NCBI RefSeq assembly: GCF_009914755.1
Contig: NC_060940.1
Source of the DNA: the human T2T-CHM13v2.0 reference genome, Homo sapiens
DNA length: 64,000 nucleotides
Strand: one strand, 5' to 3'
Positions 39,000-53,230 of this stretch are shown one piece after another. Each line of letters begins with the position of its first letter. Position 1 is the first letter of the stretch. The notes below the pieces were generated by a model. That model ran no database searches. It worked only from the letters and a program-made list of their open reading frames with translations, and was not told where the DNA came from. The translations under genes were made by a program, and so were the position numbers.

Positions 39000-40304
39000 C
39001 ATTTGACAAAATTAAGCACCCCTTCGTGATAAAAACACTCAAGAAACTACTCAATATAATAAAGGTCATATATGAAAAACCCACAGTTGACATGATACTC
39101 AATGGTGAAAAATGAAAAGCTTTTCTTGTAAATCAGGAACAAGACAAGGGTGCCCACTTTTACCACTTCTATTCAGCATAGTACTGAAACTTCTAGCCAG
39201 GGCAATTAGGCAAGAAAAAGACCAGAAAAGATATCCAAATTGGACAGGAGGAAAAAAATTATTCCTATTTGTAGCTACCAGGATTTTATATGTAGAAAAC
39301 AGAAAAAATCTGTAAAAACTGTTGAGTTAATAAATAAATTCAGCAAAATACAGAGTGAACACAAATAATTAGTTGCATTTCTATAAACTAATATTGAATA
39401 ATCTGAAAAGAAATTCTGAAAACAATTCCATTTATAGTAGCATCAAAAACAATAAAATACTTAGGAATTAAATAAGGAGGTGAAAGACATAAAAACCACA
39501 AAACATTGCTGAAAGAAGTTAAAAATATAAATAAATAGAAATATAGCCCATGTTTATGAATTTTAAGACCTAATATTATTAAGCTGTCAATACTACCTAA
39601 AGCAATCTAGAGATCCAGTGTAATCCCTACCAAAATTTCAATCTTGTTTTTTTCAGAAATAGAAACACCCATTCTAAAATTCATATGAAACCTGAAGTTA
39701 TTCTGAACAATTAAAACAATCTTTAAAGAGAACAAAGCTGGAGGACTATATATTGAATATATATATATACAATACGTATAAAGAATTCCTGTCAACAACA
39801 AAATAACCCAGTTAAAAAGTGAGCAAAGAACTTGAATAGACATTCTCCAGAGAAGATATACAAAGGCCAACAAATCCACAAAAAGATGCTAGACATTACT
39901 AATCATTAGGGAAATGCAAATCAAACCACAATGAAATCCCACCTGATACCCTTTGGTATCAGTGGAGGGATGGAGGGATACAGGCACACAGGATTAATTA
40001 GCAAAAATGTATTATGTTTGATTGTGTTAAATACTAAGGATAAAAATAAAACAGGGCCAAAATATAGTGTGTTGGGGGTGTAGTTTTGCAATTTGCTTGT
40101 TATCTGATCTCCTCAGGAACTTTCTCTCTTGTTTACATCCATTTTCCCAGTGTGTAGGACGACTTTCTTAATATTTAAAAATGAATCTTGTGAAGACCAA
40201 TGATGATTCAGCTAGAACAAGGGGGTCTCAGCAGGGGCGTGCCTGGAGGCTCAACTTCCCCATTCATCCAGGAAACTTTTGTCTAGCAGGTCCCAAGGAG
40301 GCTT

Positions 40305-40714
40305 TCTTTTTCTTTAAAAAAAAAATAGTGGTAAAAATACAAAACATAAAATGTATAATTTTAAACATTTTTAAGTGTAAAATTCAATGGTATTATGTTC
40401 ACATTGCTGTGCAACTAGCACCACTATCCATCTTTAGAACATTTTCATCATCCCAAACTAAAACTCTGTACCCATTAAATACTCACTCCCCACTCACCCT
40501 CTCCTCCAGCCCTAGTAACCATCATTCTACTTTCTGTCTGTGTCTTTGACTATTCTAGGTACCTTATATAAATGGCATCATGGAGTAGACATCCTTTTGT
40601 GTCTTGCTTATTTCACTTAGTGTAATGTTTTCAAGATCCACCCATATTGCAGTATATGTCCGAATTTCATTCCTTTTCAAGGCTGAATAACACATCATTG
40701 CATGTGTATACCCA
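40305..40714 (-). mobile_element. L1MB 3' end
   Basis: GTGGTAAAAATACAAAACATAAAAT...AACTCTGTACCCATTAAA...CCCTAGTAACCATCATTCTACTTTCTGTC...AAGGCTGAATAA. Confidence 0.9.
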
Positions 40715-40957
40715 AGAAAGTTTCTTGACTGTGTTAATATCCTTGGTCAGGTTTGTGAGCTGCGAAGCTAGAAGAGCTAGATTACACACTGCTAGAGGAT
40801 GAAGATCACGCTTACCTTGTTCATTGCATGGCCCCAGTGGCCATCACTGGCATAGGGTAGGTGTCCAATATATTGAGAGAGAGACAATATAGAGTCCCTG
40901 GATCTCCTGTTGACTTTCTAGGAATTGCCCACAACAGTACTGTGAATCTAACCAGGA

Positions 40958-41560
<603 letters not shown>

Positions 41561-42364
41561 ACTGCCTTCATTTTCCCATAAGTGGCGGCTACAGAAGGGA
41601 GGTTTCCCTAATGGTATTTGACTCCATCATGGAGAGACATTGGGTGACTCTGATGGATCCCAGTGTATTTTCATTCAGTCACCACTCCAAATAAGATAAA
41701 ACTGGAATGGATCAATCAGTCTTTTCTCATCATGAAGGCAAAAGGAACACCAGAGATGGGATAAGAAAGAAAAGTGGACTCTTAGGCTACTGGCAGATGT
41801 CTGTGAAATGCACATGGCACTGAATTTTGGAGAACTTTTTTTTCTTACCATCCATCCATTAAGAATTGTGTTGTTCTTTCCTTGTCTTTCTCTTTCTCTA
41901 GCTCTTGCTCCAAGTTTAGGCTTCTTCTGTCCTTGCCTGTTCTGAGGTTCAGGTGAGGAAGTGTAACTGAGGCTGCCTCATGGTAGAGCCAAGGAGAACA
42001 GGATCAGCAAATACATCTGAGATATCATTTCAGACCTGGCCAGGCATGGATGCCCAGCCCGTGGAGTCGGGGACTAAACCAACTCGGAGCGGCTTCCCCA
42101 AGTCATGTTTACACTGTCTTGCTGTGCAAATTGGAGAGTTTGTTTCCAGGAACATCTGGGAGGACCAGCTGGACACGTGTTTCCCTTCTCATTAATTTAG
42201 GCTCCTAATTAATCGTGCAAAACCCAAACCAAATAAACAGGAACCAGGACTGAAAATAATCATTAGGCCCCCCAAACACACACACATTTTAATGAGAACT
42301 TGGCCCAGGTGATTGTGCCTCTCTTGGCTCAGTACTGTGGCTATAGGCAGGGAGTTCAGCAGGG

Positions 42365-42655
42365 AGAAATACACAGAGGCAGACAGAGACGTACCCTATA
42401 TGGGCATCAGGAAAGCTAGCAGACCCAAGGGCCTGGAGCCGACTTCCCAATCATTCATAAAGATGGGATTTCCCTCAGGCCAAGTATGCTGTGGGTAGTA
42501 GTCAGATGGTCTGGGTTCAAACCCTCCCTACAGTATTAGATCTTGTTTGCCTTTCTGAGCCTCAGTTTTCTCATCTGTAAAATAGGAATATAATATTACC
42601 TGTCTCACAAGGTTATTGTGACGATTAAATGAGATAATGTACTTAAGGTGTTTAG
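42365..42655 (+). repeat. Old local duplication, copy 2 (Alu-free)
   Basis: See copy 1; includes the MIR core CTGAGCCTCAGTTTTCTCATCTGTAAAAT. Confidence 0.8.
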
Positions 42656-42969
42656 CTACCTAGCACACTGTACACTCAGTGAGTGGTAGCCATTATTGTC
42701 ACCACTGCTACTGATCATTATACTTAATGATAATCTTCTCTGATTATTATGATGAGCCACATAAAAAAAGAAAATCAGAGAAATGTCAGAGACAAAGGAC
42801 GACCGTATCAATAAAACTCCAGATATATTTCTGAGACCCAGCTCATGGAAATAAGAATTCATTTCCTGCTTTTCTTTGTCATCTGTCTTGGTCCATAAGA
42901 ATCCAACTGAGAACATAATTGTGGTCATCTAACTCAAGGTACATCTCTTTTTTAAAAAAATCTGATGGC

Positions 42970-43384
<415 letters not shown>

Positions 43385-43741
43385 CTAGGAGCTCCATCAT
43401 GCCTGATGAGTAGGGTCTGGAAAATGCCGGGTTTTACAGCCTAATCACATGCTGAGGACAAGGCTTCCTGCTTCAAGGAAAAACAGAGTTAAGAAGATTT
43501 ATTGAAAGTATTCCAAGAGCATCTTGAACATCAAACAGCTGTGAAAAGGGGACTGACAATTGAAGTACAAGGGTATCTGAAACCCACAGCTTATTCTCTT
43601 CTGTGGCACATGGGTTTATAGGAAAATATGTTTAGGCAGTATATTGATACTGTTTCCCCTTTTCTTGATCTCCCCAAAGAAGACCTTTGAAAAGTAGTTT
43701 AGTTATGTGTTTGGAATAAAATATGAGTAATGGCCCCCTAA

Positions 43742-44275
43742 AAGGCAAATCTGATCATGTCATTCCTGCCTGTTGAAAACTGCCCTTGAGATAAAATGGG
43801 AATTCTTTACTAGGCGGCCATGGCCCTGGGAGATCTGGCCCCAGTTTGCCTCAGCACCTGGAAGATCTGCTTCCTGGCCATCCCCTCTTCAACCTTAACA
43901 GACTCCTTCCTGTTCCTAGACATCGGCATACTCCTGCCTTTCACAAGCTCTTTACCTCTGCTGGAGGCATTTTCTCTCCTGTCCATCTTTGTCTGAAGGC
44001 CTCCCATCACTCAGGTTTTAGTGTCAATGTCATTTCCTGCAGGAAGTTGTCCTTGAACCTGAATTTGGTTGCTTTCTCTCCTTGTCTTCTCCCACAACAC
44101 CTGGTGACAACCGTGTTTGTTGTCGTTGCTTGTTGAATTGTCTGCCTCACTTGATAGATAAGAAGGATGAAGGCAAAGGCCATATGGGTTGTATCTATCT
44201 TTAACTAAATTTCTGGGACCATTGCAGGCACTCAAAACTAGACATTAGCTAAGCGTATGTGGGATGAGTGAATGT
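43742..44275 (+). mobile_element. L2 3' region
   Basis: GCAAATCTGATCATGTCATTCCTG...GATCTGGCCCC...CTGGAGGCATTTTCTCTCC...GGATGAGTGAATG. Confidence 0.7.
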
Positions 44276-44844
44276 CCAGCCTGACCTGCTGTTTCAAGGT
44301 TTGACTAGAGGAAGATGGCAGGGTGACCTGGTGCTTGTTCTTCACCCACTGTATACACCTTGTTCTGCCTCTCTGTCCCAAGGTGCCTCTCCACTCCTGC
44401 CACTGTTCTGTTGCTTAGCCCTCTGGTTATGGAAGTCTGTTTACTTCCTGTCAGTGGCCTTGGTCCCTTTCCATCCTGGCCTATGTCCTTGAGTAACCTC
44501 AAATAATATTCCACCTTGCTGGACTCAGGGTCCTCCCACCAGACTTCTCTGTAGGGAAAAGCGTAGGACCTTGGAGGGTCCCTCACCCCCACCCCACCCC
44601 ATTCATGGATGAAGAATACATTCTCTGCTTCTCCTTCCCCAGGAATGAGGTTGCAGCATCCATAGGTAGACACTGGTATGCCATCTCAGATTAGCAGGAA
44701 AAGCAATCAACATGAAAGCCTTAGAATTGATCAGAGCATGAAGGCTGCTCATGTCTAGGTAGTGGTGCAGAAGATTCCCATGAAAAAAGCCTGTAAGGAA
44801 TCTTCCGTGGCAAGCAAGGCAGATAAATCTGGCAACTTTATAAA

Positions 44845-45330
44845 CTGTTATGCTTCTAGTTATAAATAACAGAAACCCCAACTCTAGGTGGCATAAACAA
44901 TAAAGGACATTTATTCACTCATATAATTGGAAAACATAGATACAGGTTTCAGGTAAAGCTGGATCCCATGGCTCGCTGATGTCATTAAACACCAAATTTC
45001 TTCTTTGGGTTTGCAAGATGGCTTTCAGTGGCCCTTGAGGCTTCAGCTTCATTATTTGTTTTGAAGGAGGAAGAGAGAGTACCTTGCTCCTGGCACTTCC
45101 AGACTGTGATCTACTTTAAGACTGGCTTAAGCAGCTTGAGGCTTAAATATGAGCTTAAACCAATCGCTGTAGCCAGAGGGGAGGGAATATGCTAATTGCA
45201 AAGGTCATAAGTTTCACTCTTAGAAGTGAGGGGTGAAGTTGGCTTCTTTAGAACAGCATGGATTTATTTCCAGGTGGAAACTGGGAAGGGGAAAGTAGGA
45301 AAGTATGCTAGAGAGGAAACCAAGCAATGT
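44845..45330 (-). mobile_element. MLT1J/K-type MaLR LTR
   Basis: AAATAACAGAAACCCAACTCTAGGTGGCATAAACAATAAAGGACATTTATT...CTTAAACCAATCGCTGTAGCCAGAGGG. Confidence 0.7.
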
Positions 45331-45879
45331 GCGACAGTGGGCTGCTCGGGGAATCAGAAGTGCTGATTTGGGCTGCTTCGTTTCATGTGATTAAGAGGGA
45401 ACAATACTTAGCCATCACAGTGGTGGCAAAATGCACACACCAGGAAACTATAAATTTGCTCCAGCCTGGAGTGATCTTTTATTCTGGTAGATGTTTATTT
45501 GGTAGATGGTTTGCAATCTCTCTTTGCCAGCACTTGGGCAGGTACACGGTTGGACTGAGAACAGATGCGTGCAGGTGACTGTGCAATGCATTGTGTTGGA
45601 AGAATTGAACTCTAGAGCCAAGAGCTGGCACCTTGCTCAGCCACTCCTGTGGCCAGTTTCCCATTGTCCCTGTGGCAGGTGTGGCAGCATGAGTGTCTCT
45701 CCCATTACATTTCCTTGTAATCTGGACATTAATCCATGCTCTGTGAGTGTAATGCTAACCCACACAATGGACATATAACAAACGTCTGGCCTTCTTGTTG
45801 TCACAGGTTACAGTGCACAATCCCATGTAAGAACTTGTTTACTTATATGCAGTACACAGGTTTAACTTGGTTCAATGTA

Positions 45880-46330
45880 CTGTGTTACAACAACCTAGCA
45901 ATTTGCATGTTCTTCCTGATTATCTGGTAATTAAACCCAGTAAGTACAAACATACTGTAATTATCATGTAACCGACCATCTGGACAGAGAGTTGGAAATA
46001 ACTATGTATTTACGCTATAGCTCTATGATAATTATGACGTAATGGAATGATCAGCCATGAAGGGGAAAGATTTGCAAGAGTCATGATTATGCTTTAACTT
46101 GTTTTTAGCATTAATTCTAGCATTAATTTTCTAGAAACAGCCGGAAATGTATGGCGACTTGACTGATGAATCCCATCCGGGTGGAGGCACTGAAGGTGTT
46201 AAGAACAGTCAATAAGGACTGATGCCTGAGCAGGAAGTAAATGTGCCCACTCATTTATTTGGATTTTGTTTACACTTCATTGGATAACACTAAGCATTTG
46301 TTTATTTGAACTGTTCTCCCTTTTGCATGA
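45880..46330. promoter_or_regulatory. Candidate enhancer (homeodomain, bZIP, ETS, FOX motifs)
   Basis: GGTAATTAAA, GTAATTAT, TGATAATTATGACGTAAT, tandem GCATTAATT, CCGGAAAT, AGGAAGT, TGTTTAC and TGTTTATTT in repeat-free DNA. Confidence 0.4.
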
Positions 46331-46501
46331 GAGTTGTCAGTGCCTGTAAGTAAATGATAATGGGTTTAGGTTTTCTTAGTATGTTTTTTTAATAGATCTT
46401 AGATTCTCGGAGGATGAAATAGGGTATTCGACCACAGAAAAAGTTTTAATATAGTAGCATTTGTACTGTTGTAAAATTATTTGTAAAAATGCACTTACCC
46501 C

Positions 46502-46853
<352 letters not shown>

Positions 46854-48039
46854 CTAAACATGAAGGCTCATTGTACTTCAGCTGTGATGCATACATACGA
46901 CGATAAAAAGAAAATAGTGTTTGGTGTATAAGAGAGTGGCCAATAGCAGCTAAAAATAACAATAGCAAATAATAATACAGTAGGGTTGCATCATGTGAGC
47001 TCTTATGAGACTTGAACTACTGTGTTTATATCAAATCCAGGATGTTATCAAGGTAAGGTGATCATTTCATATACCACAAGGAAGAAAAAATATGCCCCCA
47101 AATAAGTGTCATGCTATGTTTTCCTATTATTAGAATTTTAAAATTAAGTTTATCCAAAGAGTTCTTACACTTATATTTAGACATGTATTTTATATATATA
47201 AATCCCTGTTGTACAAACATAAAGAAGAAATAAATTGATAAGGCATTTTTTATCTTCACATTCAGAAAACATCTGAATGTGAATAACATCTTCACATTCA
47301 GAGGCTACATTTTTCAAATCACTTATGAATTGAGTTTTCCGTGCCTGTATTCTCCATACAATATTGTCCCCTATGCCAGGGTGCACTGGTAATTCAGCAA
47401 TTCTTAAGAGTGCTTAGCTATTGTCTCTGGCATTTTCTTCCCAGGCAAGTACACCCATCGCACAGATTACACAGCATTATTTGTGGCTTAATCATTTGTG
47501 ACAGTTCACAAATTAAGATTTTTAAAGATTTCCTTCACTTGAAAATATTTATATAAATATTTATATGAATAAAAGGCATCTAGTAAAACATAATAACCTT
47601 TTTTTTGGTCACAATGACTCAAGATTCCTTCAATATGAGTTAGGCAACAGAATCTTGATTGAAATGGATTATAAGTTAATGAAGCATTATGAAATATATA
47701 GGATTGGTATTTTAAATATTTTCTATTACTCCTCATAATTTTACTTAGTACCATTCTTTTAGATCTTGTTTATAATTTACTGTTGATCCTAATAACTGTA
47801 TTTTTGTTAAATTTGTGTAGAGGTAAGAATCTTAATCAAGGCTATCTAAACCTCTCTTCATCACCCCAAATGGGCGAGATTTGGATTTCCTTCTTCTCCA
47901 CTTAAACTGGGCAAGAGTTTCCCAAGAGCTTCCCAGGAATGTTTTAGAATAAATTAATGAAAAGTTTAAAATTAACTCAAGAAAGATTAAGCAAAGAAGA
48001 AACATTTATTGAAGCCATAAGACATAGTGCACATGTGTT

Positions 48040-48655
48040 GGTTGCTTTTGAGATGTGTATCCCTTGCCTCCTACTCCCACCAAAAATGCCTGATTGTTCT
48101 TTGGGGACAGTTTCTCTCTCCCACCTTTAATCATATGATGTGGGAGGGATAGACTTCACCTCTGCTTCAAGGGAAAGTCCTGACTGGTTCCATCTAAACA
48201 GTATATCCTATCTCCTTATCCAGTGATTGGCTCAGAGTTGGGCAAGTAGCCTAGTTTAGACGAATGAAAGTGAATCCCAGGACTTTTGCAAAACCAACTG
48301 GAAGGGAGTCTCTCTTCGTTTGGATAATGTCGGTTATGGTGTGAGGTCTGGAGCTGATGAAACCCTTTTGCTACCACCACAGAAATGCCTAGAGTTGCAA
48401 ATAACTCTGCGGTCCCTGAGAATAAATTCTACATCACAAAGGAAGGCGAGAGGAGAGTCGAAAGAGGAGAGGAGAGGGGAGGGGGAGAGAAAGAGATAGA
48501 GAGAAACTGGGTACTTGATCGCATTATTTCAACCACCAAATCAGCGCTATCTAAAGAAAGAATTACCTCTGGAATTTTCAGCAATATGAATGACATTCAT
48601 TAACATTTATGTTATATAAAGCCACTTGGGAACTTTTCCTTCACTTATAGCAAAG
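48040..48655 (+). mobile_element. MLT1K-type MaLR LTR
   Basis: CAGTGATTGGCTCAGAGTTGGGCAAG...GAATCCCAGGACTTTTG...TCTGGAGCTGA...TATATAAAGCCACTTGG. Confidence 0.65.
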
Positions 48656-48736
48656 CTCAAAACAAAACAAAAACTTTACTCTGTTTTATATTTTAAAGAA
48701 TTTATTTCATTTTAAACTTTTTAAATGTTTTACAAT

Positions 48737-48953
48737 GTATATATATATTCTCTTATATATTTTATATATAAATTTATATATAAAATATATATATTATATA
48801 TAAATTTATATATAAAATATATATATTTATATATATATAAATGTATATATATAAGTATATATTTATATAGTTATACATATAACTTAAAAAATATATATTT
48901 ATATAAAGTTATATATATAACTTTAAAAAAATCTTAAAAATATATAAGAGAAT
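48737..48953. repeat. Palindromic AT-rich repeat
   Basis: Almost pure A/T, bounded by the perfect 17-bp inverted repeat ATTCTCTTATATATTTT (48747-48763) / AAAATATATAAGAGAAT (48937-48953). Confidence 0.9.
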
Positions 48954-49476
48954 CCAAAGACAGGGATGGAGCGGGGTCCCAGGAACTGACTGGAAACAGG
49001 AACTTAGAAGCTCCAACCTGCTGGTCCTCATGTCTGCTGCTTCTGCGTGCAGGCTTTATTCTTCTCCCTTCTCACCCTGGCATCCTCTGGTCCACACTTG
49101 GTGACTCAGTCTCTCAGCAGTGATTCTAAGTTTCCAGGAGGCAGATGCTAATTGGACCATCTCAGGTCAGGAGTCAACCTCTGATCCAACAACTCTGGCC
49201 AGAATGTCAGGGTTGCAAAGCACCAAGTTGACATCTAGGCAACCCCTGAGGGTGGGAAGGCAGCTCTGGGTGGGGAGCGTGTTGGGAGATGCTCAGGCAC
49301 CCCAGAAAGTGTCCACTCCTGGTGGCTTCTGGAAGTCCCCTCATAACTTAGAGCTAAGTTTCCTTCTGTAAAATGGGGCTACCAAACCCAAGGATTGTCT
49401 TGAGTGGAAAATGAGAAAATGAATAGGAGCAGCTGCCGTTGTGGAGTGGTGAGATCATTTCAGCTGCTCTCTTGTT

Positions 49477-51707
49477 CGGCAGGCCCTCCAATAGCATCAT
49501 TCCATTCAGCGTAATTTCATTATAACTTTGATGAAAAAAGAAGATTCCTTCAGGGGCCCCTGTTTGTGTGGAGTCTGCACATGCTCCCCATGTCTGCCTG
49601 GGTTTTCTGCAGGTACTGCAGTTTCCTCCCACATCCTAAAGCTGTGCATCTGAGTTTCATTGGCATGTCTACACAGTCCTAGTGTGAGCAAGTATGGGTG
49701 TAGGTGTGAGTGCTCTCTGCAATGGGATGACATCCTGGCCAGCGTGGATGCTCACCACCCACAACCCTGAACCAGAATAAATAAGCAGGGCTGGATGGTA
49801 CTGGTATCAAAGCAGACATATAGACCAACGGAACAGAATAGAGACCTCAGAAACAAGACCACACATCTACAACCATCTAATCTTCAACAAACCTGACAAA
49901 AACAAGCAATGGGGAAAGGATTCCCTATTTAATAAATGGTGCTGAGCAAACTGGCTAGCCATATGCAGAAAACTGAAACTGGACCCCTTCTTTATATCTT
50001 ATTCAAAAGTTAAGTCAAGATGGATTAAAGACTTAAATGTAAAATCCAAAACCATAAAAACTCTAGAAGAAAACTTAGGCAATACCATTCAGGACATAGG
50101 CATGGGCAAAGGTTTTATGATGAAATCGCCAAAAGCAATTGCAGCAGAAGCTAAAGTTGACAAATGGGATCTAATTAAACTAAAGAGCTTCTGCACAGCT
50201 AAAGAAACTATCATCAAAGCAAACAGGCAACCTACAGAATGGGAGAAAATTTTTGCAAGCTGCCCATCTGACAAAGGTCTAATACCTAGAATTTATAAGG
50301 AACTTAAACAAATTTACAAGAAACAAACAAACAAACCCATCAAAGAGTGGGCAAAGGATATGAAGAGACACTTCTCAAAAGAAGACATTTATGCAGCCAA
50401 CAAACATATGAAAAAAAGCTCAACATCACTGATCATTACAGAAATGCAAAACAAAACCACAATGAGATACCATTTCATACCAGTCAGAATGGTGATTATT
50501 AAAAAGTCAAGAAACAACAGATCACGGCGAGGCTGTGGAGAAATAGGAATACTTTTACATTGTTGGTGGGAATGTAAATTAGTTCAACCATTGTGGAAGA
50601 CAGTGTGGTGATTCCTCAAGGATCTAGAACCAGAAATACCATTTGGCCCAGCAATTCCATTACTGGGTATATGCTAATCATTCTATTATAAAGATACATG
50701 CACATGTATGTTGATTGCAGCACTATTCACAATAGCAAAGACATGGAACCAACCCAAATGCCCATCAATGATAGACTGGATAAAGAAAATGTGGTACATA
50801 CATACCATGGAATACTATGCAGCCATAAAAAGAAATGAGATCATGTCCTTTACAGGGACATGGGTGAATCTGGAAGCCATCATCCTCAGGAAATTAATAC
50901 AGGAACAGAAAACCAAACACCACATGTTCTCACTCATAAGTGGGAGTTGAACAGTGAGAAGACATGGACACAGGGAGGGGAACATTACACATCAGGGGCT
51001 GCTTGGGGACGGGAAAAGGGGAAGGAGAGCATTAGGACAAATAGCTAATGCATGTGGGGCTTAAAACCTAGGTGACGGGTTATAGGTGCAGCAAACCACC
51101 ATGGCACGTGTATACGTATGTTACAAACCTGCACGTTCTGCACATGTATCCCAGAATTTAAAGTAAAAAAAGAAAAAAGAAAAAGAAAAGAAAAAGTGAA
51201 AGAAAAGAAAGGGAAGTGAATGAAGACAAATTATTGTAAAATAAAAATTCGTAAAGTCTACAATAATCCTACAAATGCACACAGTAAAAGCTGTGGACGG
51301 AAGTGCCCAGCAAGCCCTCTGTATCCGTGCTTGATTTTTTAAGTGCCTGGTGGCAGGAGGCAATCCTTACAATTTTTGTTTTGCGAACTTTTTTTTTTTT
51401 TAATTTAACCCACCACCACTACAACTGCCATCACTCACAGATGCACCAAAAATTGGGTAAATAATTTTCTTACTTGTCTTTTTCAATCTCTCTTAAAAGA
51501 ATGTGGAGTTCACATTTATTAAAATGACTAATGTTAGAAGCATTTATTTAGAAGTTTGGCAATGTTTGTGTGAACAGGAATATGCTGTAGGAACTTAACT
51601 TTTGTTTGTATCAATTGGCCTGTGGTAAAATTTGTTTCATTATGTGTCGGTTTGCCTAAAATCTCAGTTTCTGAGAAGCTACCCATGACATTAAGGAAGG
51701 ACTCACT
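49477..51707 (+). mobile_element. MER6 (TcMar-Tigger), split by an L1PA insertion
   Basis: 5' part CGGCAGGCCCTCCAATAGCATC...GTGTGGAGTCTGCACATGCTCCCCATGTCTGCCTGGGTTTTCT runs to ~49790. It resumes at ~51215 (AAATTATTGTAAAATAAAAATTCG) and ends CATTAAGGAAGGACTCACT. Confidence 0.8.
49796..51205 (+). mobile_element. 5'-truncated L1PA (PA8-PA10-like): ORF2 C-terminus, 3'UTR and A-tail
   Basis: ORF 50102-50611 ([18 protein letters not shown]-like; [17 protein letters not shown]) and ORF 50708-50950 are broken pieces of ORF2. The 3'UTR reads GGACAAATAGCTAATGCATG...CAAACCTGCACGTTCTGCACATGTATCCCAGAA. Confidence 0.95.
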
Positions 51708-51877
51708 ATATTCTCAGCAGTGCTGAGCATAGCAGAGAGGTTCAATAAATGCGTCACTTGTGATTATGCAGCTGCACGCCAGCTTCACGCTGGGAAACTT
51801 GCATTAGCATTATTATGAACAACTCACATTTTGATGGTGCAATTTGGTGTATAGCACTCTCACACCCACAAAGGTAA

Positions 51878-52725
<848 letters not shown>

Positions 52726-52728
52726 ACA

Positions 52729-52865
52729 TCAGTGGTTCTTAAAGTGTGAGCATCACCTGAGAACTTGCTAGAAGGAAAACAGAAACTTCTAAATCAGAAA
52801 CTCTAAGGTGGGGTCCTGTCATCTGATTTTCACAGGACTTTCAGGTGATTCTGATGCCCACCCTA
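52729..52865. mobile_element. MER5A (hAT-Charlie)
   Basis: CAGTGGTTCTTAAAGTGTG...CATCACCTGAGAACTTGCTAG...AAATCAGAAACTCT...CAGGTGATTCTGATGC. Confidence 0.8.
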
Positions 52866-53230
52866 GGTGCTGTGTCTAATAAGTGAATCCATCCCTCCCA
52901 ACTCTTTCAGCACTAGTTCCACATGGCAGTTTTGCAGTCTCAAAAGGCAGGGTGATTCGTGATCTCTGCATGTCTGTGGCTCCTAGTCTGTGCCAGTCAG
53001 TATCCAGGCTCTAGTGGATACCGAAGTGAGTTTTAGCCAAAGGTGTTGATTTTTATTTACCAACAACACCTTCGTTCCTTGAAACTGGTTTGGCTTCCTC
53101 TTTCTCCAGTGGGCTTTCTCAGGGAAGGGCTCAGGCTGCATTTGGCAAACTTCTGTGCCCTCACACAGCTTTGTGTTTGATTCTAGTGGAGTAAACCTAC
53201 CGCTGCCAAGAATATCTTGCTTTTCCTCTT

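Larger units (their letters stand above)
36480..39955 (+). mobile_element. Degenerate L1M (L1MB-like) from ORF1 through ORF2, with internal deletions and nested insertions
   Basis: ORF1 text (GAAGAAAGAATCAGTGAACTTGAAGATAGG; GGAGGCCAGAAGGCAGTGGAATGA). ORF2 EN start (AATGTGAATGGATTAAACTC; TGCTGCCTACAAGAGACTCAC). RT motifs (DAKIFNQKLAN; GTRQGCPLLPLLFSIVL in ORF 39112-39315). Many stops. Confidence 0.92.

Noticed and set aside
38879-39315. ORFs with reverse-transcriptase motifs
   Set aside because: This is decayed L1M ORF2 with stops, deletions and a (TA)n insertion. It is not a novel RT system.
50102-50950. 169-aa and 80-aa ORFs with real protein similarity
   Set aside because: They are fragments of L1 ORF2p in a 5'-truncated, interrupted L1PA, not a host gene.
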